Source of the DNA: Myxococcota bacterium
GTDB taxonomy: Bacteria > Myxococcota_A > UBA9160 > UBA4427
Direction: 5' to 3'
Assembly: GCA_965250285.1 (NCBI GenBank)
Contig: OZ252299.1
Span: 3,136,001-3,200,000, forward strand
DNA length: 64,000 bases
Position 1 is the first letter of the stretch, and the number at the start of each line of letters is the position of its first letter. Below are positions 58,789 through 64,000 of this stretch, piece after piece. The notes below the pieces were generated by a model. That model searched no databases. It was not told the DNA's origin and worked only from the letters and a program-made list of their open reading frames with translations. Made by a program: the position numbers and the translations under genes.

Positions 58789-60315
58789 CTACTTGGCGAA
58801 TCCCCATCGTGACCAGTTCTCGAGCACCTTCTGCCGGACGGGGTCCGGGTAGTTCGTCTCGAAGGTCAGGATGTTCTCCAGCTGCTGCCCGGTCTTGCCT
58901 TCGATGGGCAGGCAGCTGTACGCCGTCAGGCCACTGCCGTGGATGAAGTCGCTCTGGCTGTGATAGGCCTCGAGCCCCGTCCCGACGACGTTCTCGATCT
59001 CGGGGAAGTAGAACGTGCTCCGCGTCGGGTGATTCCGGGTCGCGAAGGCCCAGCACACCTCGAGGGCGCTATCGGGATCGACGTCCTCGTTCACCACGAT
59101 GATCTTCGTGGTGATGTTGCCCACGTGCTGCGACCAGAGCGTCGTGCCGATCTTCCGGACGAACTCCTCCATGCCCAACCCGGTCTTCTGATGCCAGTCG
59201 TTGTCGACGCGAATGACCAGCCACGCCAGGGCAGACTCCATCGTCAGCATGCTGTCGATCACGGGGAGCCCCTCCTTCTGCAAGGCGACGGTGACGTCGC
59301 CCGACATGAAGAAGCCCATGCCGACGGTGCACGAGTCGATCGGCTTTCCCGGCACCGAGACGGGGAAGAGCGGGTTGTTGCGGTACGTGACGTGGGTGAC
59401 GGTCACCCGTGCGCGGTTCGCCGTATCGAAGGGCAGGTAGCCCTGATACTCGCCGAACGGCCCTTCCACCTCCATCGCATCCTTCGAGACGAAGCCTTCG
59501 AGGACGATCTCGGAATCGGCCGGCACCAACAGGTCGTTCGTGTCGCACTTGACCATGCGGATGCCTTCGCCGAGCAGCCGGCTGGCATAGTCGTACTCGT
59601 TCGTGAAGTCGGGCGCCTTCGCCGACGACTGCGTGAGAACGACCGGCGGCACACCGAACGCCATCGCCCACGGCGTGTCCTGCCCTTCCTCGGTCCACTG
59701 ATCGTGCACCATGCCGTTGTGCTGCGAAGAGAGCCAGAGACCCGTCATCGTGGTCTCGTTCACGATCATCGCGCGATTGATCGACCAGCTCGTCCAGCTC
59801 TCGTCTGGAGTCCGAACGATGTTGACGCCCGCGGTTCCGATGTAGCGAGCAGCGTCGCCGTCATGACAGAGCGGCGCGGGGATCTTGTAGATGTCGATCT
59901 CGTCGCCGGTCCACGTGTTCTCCTTGCACGGCGCATCCGACGCATCGACGATGACCGGCTCGTGCACCTCCGTGCCCTCTCGAGCCTCGAGGTACGCCTT
60001 CTGGATGTCCATCAGGCCGGTTTCGGGCGGAAGGCCGAGCATGGCCGCGAGGCGGCACCACTCCCGCCCTGGCGTGCTCGACTTCGTGTACCCGATGTCG
60101 CAGGCGCGGAAGCCTTCGCCCTCTGGCGTGCCCTTGATGTTGTTGAAGATCGGCGTCGGAGCCAGCGTCTCGTAGGAGTGACGGCAGACTGCACCCATCT
60201 CGAGATGCGTGTCGATCTCGTCATCGATCTCGACCGCCTCCCCCATCTTCTTGAGGTTCTCGATGTATTCGCGATAGGTGCGCGGGATCTTTGCTCGGTC
60301 GATCGAAACTGACAT
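58789..60315 (-). CDS. UbiD-family prFMN decarboxylase (Fdc1-like)
   Basis: HDGDAARY, WSINRAM, LLVPADSEIVLEG, EGPFGEY, WAFATRNHP, NWSRWGF. Confidence 0.92.
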   Translation of the reverse strand: MSVSIDRAKIPRTYREYIENLKKMGEAVEIDDEIDTHLEMGAVCRHSYETLAPTPIFNNIKGTPEGEGFRACDIGYTKSSTPGREWCRLAAMLGLPPETGLMDIQKAYLEAREGTEVHEPVIVDASDAPCKENTWTGDEIDIYKIPAPLCHDGDAARYIGTAGVNIVRTPDESWTSWSINRAMIVNETTMTGLWLSSQHNGMVHDQWTEEGQDTPWAMAFGVPPVVLTQSSAKAPDFTNEYDYASRLLGEGIRMVKCDTNDLLVPADSEIVLEGFVSKDAMEVEGPFGEYQGYLPFDTANRARVTVTHVTYRNNPLFPVSVPGKPIDSCTVGMGFFMSGDVTVALQKEGLPVIDSMLTMESALAWLVIRVDNDWHQKTGLGMEEFVRKIGTTLWSQHVGNITTKIIVVNEDVDPDSALEVCWAFATRNHPTRSTFYFPEIENVVGTGLEAYHSQSDFIHGSGLTAYSCLPIEGKTGQQLENILTFETNYPDPVRQKVLENWSRWGFAK

Positions 60316-60445
60316 TCTGGAAGGTCTCCATGGTTCGAGTTGCGGTGAAGGGGCAGCGGTACCGCCGGGCCGTCCGGTCGGTCACGCCAGGTAGTCGTTC
60401 TCCACGACGGCCGGGCGTATGCCGTGTCGAGGAGCTCACGCGTCT

Positions 60446-61111
60446 TTACGCTTCTTCCCGCGATGCGAGGGACCGAGTGGACTCCTCGAAGTCGTTCGTT
60501 TCGGCCTGCCAGTCGCGGCCGTTCTCTCCTCGCTGCTCGCGATGCAACCGACCGCCTTGCCAGCGGTTGACGACACCCGGGTCGATGTCGAACAGATCGA
60601 GCACACGACCCACGCTGTGCAGCACCTGGTCGTCGATCGTCTTCGGCTCGTTGTAGAAGGCCGGCATCGGCGGCGAAATGATCGCGCCCATCTGCGCCGC
60701 TTCGTACAGCAGCTTGCAGTGGCCAACGTGGAGCGGGGTCTCGCGCACCATCAGCACGAGCTTTCGCCGCTCCTTGAGCACGACGTCGGCTGCGCGCACG
60801 AGCAGGCTGTCAGCGAAGGAGTTCACGATGCCCGAGAGCGTCTTGATGGAACACGGCGCCACGATCATTCCGTCCGTGTGGAACGAGCCGCTCGAGATCG
60901 CGGCGGCCTGATCCCGAAAGTTGTGGACGACGTCGGCCTGGGCCTCGACTGCCTTCGCCGAGTAGGGTGTCTCGATCTCGATGTTCTGCTTCGCGTGCGG
61001 ACTCATGACGAGGTGGGTTTCGACGGAGGGGTCCGTCGCGAGTACCTCGAGCATGCGCGCGCCATAGACGACGCCCGATGAGCCTGACATACCGATGATG
61101 ATTCTCTTCAC
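60446..61111 (-). CDS. ubiX: Flavin prenyltransferase UbiX/Pad1
   Basis: GMSGSSG, ISSGSF, APCSIKTLS, RAADVVLKERR, RETPL, PPMPAFY. Confidence 0.96.
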   Translation of the reverse strand: MKRIIIGMSGSSGVVYGARMLEVLATDPSVETHLVMSPHAKQNIEIETPYSAKAVEAQADVVHNFRDQAAAISSGSFHTDGMIVAPCSIKTLSGIVNSFADSLLVRAADVVLKERRKLVLMVRETPLHVGHCKLLYEAAQMGAIISPPMPAFYNEPKTIDDQVLHSVGRVLDLFDIDPGVVNRWQGGRLHREQRGENGRDWQAETNDFEESTRSLASREEA

Positions 61112-61911
61112 ACGTCGCTCCTCTCTCTGTGGCCCGCCGGCGCCTGCGCGCTGCTCAAGGCGACGCTGATCAAATCGCCGTCGACGATGCCGAGTTCATC
61201 CCGCACGCCGGCCTCAGCGATGACTTCGATCTGGTCGGCGGGGTAGTCTTCTACGTCGGGCAACACGATGGCCGCGCGCCCGATCGAGTGGATCTCGACG
61301 GGGAAGCATCGGGCGCCGCAGCTCTCGGCCTCGTCGCTCGGCGGGTCGATGGGGATGCCTGGCGTTGCTCGCAGGCCGCTCCAGATCGCGCGTGATTGCG
61401 CATCCACCAAACGTGCGTTCAGGGTGCCCGGGTGTGGATCGATCCCGAGCTTGCCGACGAGCTCGGCGCGAACCCAGTCGAGTTGCGTGAAGCCACTGGC
61501 GACGCCCGCGCCGGTCACGACGCGGCCACAGATCGTTCGATGTGCGGCCTCGGACTGGTCTGCCCACTCGAGAAACGTGACCGGGATGCCGTCTGGGTCA
61601 CGAAGCTGGAAGACGCGAGCGCCCCACGACGTCATCTCGGGCGGTGGCGTATCGAGCCCCAGGCGAAGGTGCGCCCCCACGGCGTCTTCGACTTCGATCA
61701 CGAGATGAAAGCGTTCGCCCGGCGAGTGGATCGCGAGAGGAGAACGCTCGCGGCCATTGTCGAGCACCTCGAGGGTCATCCCGCCGAGGTCGAAACGTTG
61801 GCCTCGGCCATTCGCGCGATCCCACTCCGCGATGAGCGGAAGACGAAGCGTGTCGCCGTAGAACTCGACGACTGCGTCGAAGTCGTCTGTCGCAAGGGCG
61901 ACGTAGCTCAT
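61108..61911 (-). CDS. VOC domain fused to CTP-dependent riboflavin kinase (DUF120/archaeal-type)
   Basis: N-half YVALAT...FYGDTL...SWGARVFQLRDPDG; C-half GRVVTGAGVASGF...LGIDPHPGTLN...IEVIA...RDELGIVDGD. Confidence 0.82.
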   Translation of the reverse strand: MSYVALATDDFDAVVEFYGDTLRLPLIAEWDRANGRGQRFDLGGMTLEVLDNGRERSPLAIHSPGERFHLVIEVEDAVGAHLRLGLDTPPPEMTSWGARVFQLRDPDGIPVTFLEWADQSEAAHRTICGRVVTGAGVASGFTQLDWVRAELVGKLGIDPHPGTLNARLVDAQSRAIWSGLRATPGIPIDPPSDEAESCGARCFPVEIHSIGRAAIVLPDVEDYPADQIEVIAEAGVRDELGIVDGDLISVALSSAQAPAGHRERSDV

Positions 61912-63029
61912 GCCGACATCCTTCGTTCGGCGCCCGCATCGAGCGTGTCGAGCGGTGAAGCGCACATCGGCAGGACCTCTTCGATCAGCAGCCGCTCGCT
62001 TCGCTCCCACTCGGCGCGCTCGGCCGTCGCGTCGTAAGCGACGCTCAGAAGGGTTCCGAAGCCCCCGGTCTTCGACTGCAGCTCCGAGATCGACTCCGCC
62101 ACGGTCTCGGGCGAGCCAACGAGCCAGATGTGGTCGGCGAGATACTCGAGATCGATCGCTTCATCGGGGATCGAGGGCTCGGTCTTCAGCAGTGGCCCGA
62201 GGCCCAGGCCGAGGTAGACCGGCAGGAGAAACTCGCGCCAGCAACGTCCCATCATCCCTTCGATGGCGAGCTCGCGCGCCTCCGCGTCCGTGGGCGCAAC
62301 GTAGACGTCGCGCACGACCCGCCAATCGTTACGGTCGGCGACGCGACCGACCGCAGCAGCCCCCTCTGCCACGGTGTCCCAGTGCTTCGCGGTCTCTTCC
62401 GGATCCGGGCCAATGCTGAGACTGACGGGGATGTACCCGCGCTCCCCGGCAAGTCGGTGGTTCGCCGAGCCTTGCGTCATGCCCGCGATCGCGATCGGAG
62501 GATGGGGCTGCTGCAGCGGGGTGACGTGGTACCCGAGCCCCGCGATATCGCTCTGGACAGCGCCCATCGACCAGAACTCGCCCTCGGTGTCGCCATCGCC
62601 GTGAAGCCAGAGGCGCGTCATGAGGTCGAGCGCCTCGAAGGTCATGCGCCGATTGCGTCCGAACTCATCTCCGAGCGCGAAGAGCTCACGGTCGGAGGGC
62701 AAGGCGCTGATCCCGACCCCGAGCTGGTAGCGGCCCTCGGCCATGTGATCGAGATACGCGACGCGATGTGCGAGCTCGACGGGGTGGTGATACGGGAGCA
62801 GGTGACCGAGCGGGCCGAGCCGAATGCGTTCGGTGCGCTGAAGCGCCTGCGCGATCAGGAGATCGGGCGCCGGGCAGGGCTCCCAGGGCGCGGTGAAATG
62901 CTCGCCGATCCACGCCTCGGTGTACCCGAGGCGATCGAGGCGCTCGAGCTCTTCGAGGTCGGCGAGCTGGCCCTCCCGCATGCTTCGTTCGGGGGGATGA
63001 GACGGCATCAGCAGCGCACCAAGCTTCAT
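61908..63029 (-). CDS. LLM-class flavin-dependent monooxygenase (limonene monooxygenase-like)
   Basis: MPSHPP, AWIGEHFT, LPYHHP, LDHMAEGR, WLVGSPETV. Confidence 0.9.
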   Translation of the reverse strand: MKLGALLMPSHPPERSMREGQLADLEELERLDRLGYTEAWIGEHFTAPWEPCPAPDLLIAQALQRTERIRLGPLGHLLPYHHPVELAHRVAYLDHMAEGRYQLGVGISALPSDRELFALGDEFGRNRRMTFEALDLMTRLWLHGDGDTEGEFWSMGAVQSDIAGLGYHVTPLQQPHPPIAIAGMTQGSANHRLAGERGYIPVSLSIGPDPEETAKHWDTVAEGAAAVGRVADRNDWRVVRDVYVAPTDAEARELAIEGMMGRCWREFLLPVYLGLGLGPLLKTEPSIPDEAIDLEYLADHIWLVGSPETVAESISELQSKTGGFGTLLSVAYDATAERAEWERSERLLIEEVLPMCASPLDTLDAGAERRMSA

Positions 63030-63284
63030 TTCGTGCTCCTCGTCGTCACGCCGCTCATGAGATCTCTTCACCCGGATGAATCTCGACGGCGTCCAGATCC
63101 GGGCAACGACCTGCGATCGATGCGACGCATCCAACCCCTCATTGCCTTGGTGGCGAAGTCGCTCGAAAGGAGAGCCGAAGGGTCTTGCGTCTCGATCGGC
63201 GGACACACTAAGTGCCGCCTACCTGAGTGACCTGCCCGGAAACTGGGGAATTTTGAGGGAATGGGTGCGCGCGCAGGACGACGG

Positions 63285-63527
63285 CTATTCGATGACGATG
63301 ACTTCGACGATCGGCAGGTGCAGGTCGTGCAGCGCATTGAGCACCCCGATGAGCTGCGACTGGTCGGCCACTTCGCCCTCGAGGGTGGACACGGGTGGGT
63401 GACCGTCAGACGTGACCCTCGAGATCTTCAAGCCGGCGACGAGGGGCCGCATCGCGGGATCGAACCAGCCATCCACGACGATCCGATAGTGACCCGGGTT
63501 CCACATGCGTTGGCTCGGTCGCTGCAT
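63285..63527 (-). CDS. Small ACT-like hypothetical protein of the type often found beside MalT-like regulators
   Basis: YRIVVDG...STLEGEVADQSQLIGVLNALHDLHLPIVEV. Confidence 0.7.
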   Translation of the reverse strand: MQRPSQRMWNPGHYRIVVDGWFDPAMRPLVAGLKISRVTSDGHPPVSTLEGEVADQSQLIGVLNALHDLHLPIVEVIVIE

Positions 63528-63830
63528 GCCTCGCCCCCGCGCTCGTTGACGCAACACACGTCGAGGTCAGGCGTCGCACCCTGAAAACGGGACGCGCACT
63601 CGTCCCGGCAGTGCACCGCGCACCTGGAGCCGCATCGCCCTACTACGACGACCATTCGAATCTAGTCGCGCACCTGAACGCCGGCCTCTCCTGTAACCGG
63701 ACAATTACTGGGTACCCGGCTCCTGGCCATGCACCGAAGACCTGACAAAACTGATGGGTTCGCGAAATCGATCTCGAGTAGTTCGACATCGGCCGGTGAC
63801 ACGGACTTTTGCTGGAGTACTGTGGTTCTG

Positions 63831-64000
63831 ATGGAGCCCGCCCCCTTCGGTCCTGCAGCAAACGACGAAGCCAACCGACTCAGTCGGCCGGGCGAAGAAT
63901 GGGTCGTTCTGGTCAACGAGCGCGACGAGCAGATCGGCGTGATGGAGAAGCTCGATGCGCATCGCGATGGAGGGAGGCTCCATCGCGCGTTCTCGGTGTT
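63831..64000 (+). CDS. idi: Isopentenyl-diphosphate delta-isomerase type 1, N-terminal part
   Basis: Not in ORF track. Translation: ...EEWVVLVNERDEQIGVMEKLDAHRDGGRLHRAFSV. Confidence 0.88.
   Translation, partial: MEPAPFGPAANDEANRLSRPGEEWVVLVNERDEQIGVMEKLDAHRDGGRLHRAFSV

Overview
High-GC bacterial DNA (gene content suggests Myxococcota or a deltaproteobacterium; this is inference) in two parts. Positions 1-50.8 kb are backbone: an RND efflux operon with TetR, an Asp-type MurA, a MoxR-DUF58-transglutaminase operon, an ExeA-like ATPase, an orphan sigma54-driven pilin-like gene, an Oat2-like ArgJ, a cold-shock protein, and many lipid/terpenoid/xenobiotic enzymes (two P450s, steroid 5-alpha-reductase-like, carotenoid oxygenase, SDRs, GSTs, epoxide hydrolase, esterases). 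This part ends in an AhpD-like gene that the ORF track splits but which reads through an in-frame UGA in a C-F-Y-U-T-T-S-H motif followed by a SECIS-like hairpin, so it is a probable selenoprotein. At 50.9-51.2 kb are two tandem 3'-half tRNA-Gly(GCC)-like fragments, each with a ~78-nt structured insert, separated by a terminator. They look like the displaced attachment end of a genomic island. Beyond them lies a probable island: a MalT-like regulator and a prenylated-FMN (prFMN) decarboxylase cluster with two UbiDs, subunit D, UbiX, a VOC/CTP-dependent riboflavin kinase fusion, an LLM monooxygenase, two tautomerase-fold proteins, SRPBCC, a frameshifted outer-membrane protein and a divergent type-1 IPP isomerase. 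The cluster seems to encode supply of both prFMN precursors. All calls come from motif recognition by eye; no searches were run.
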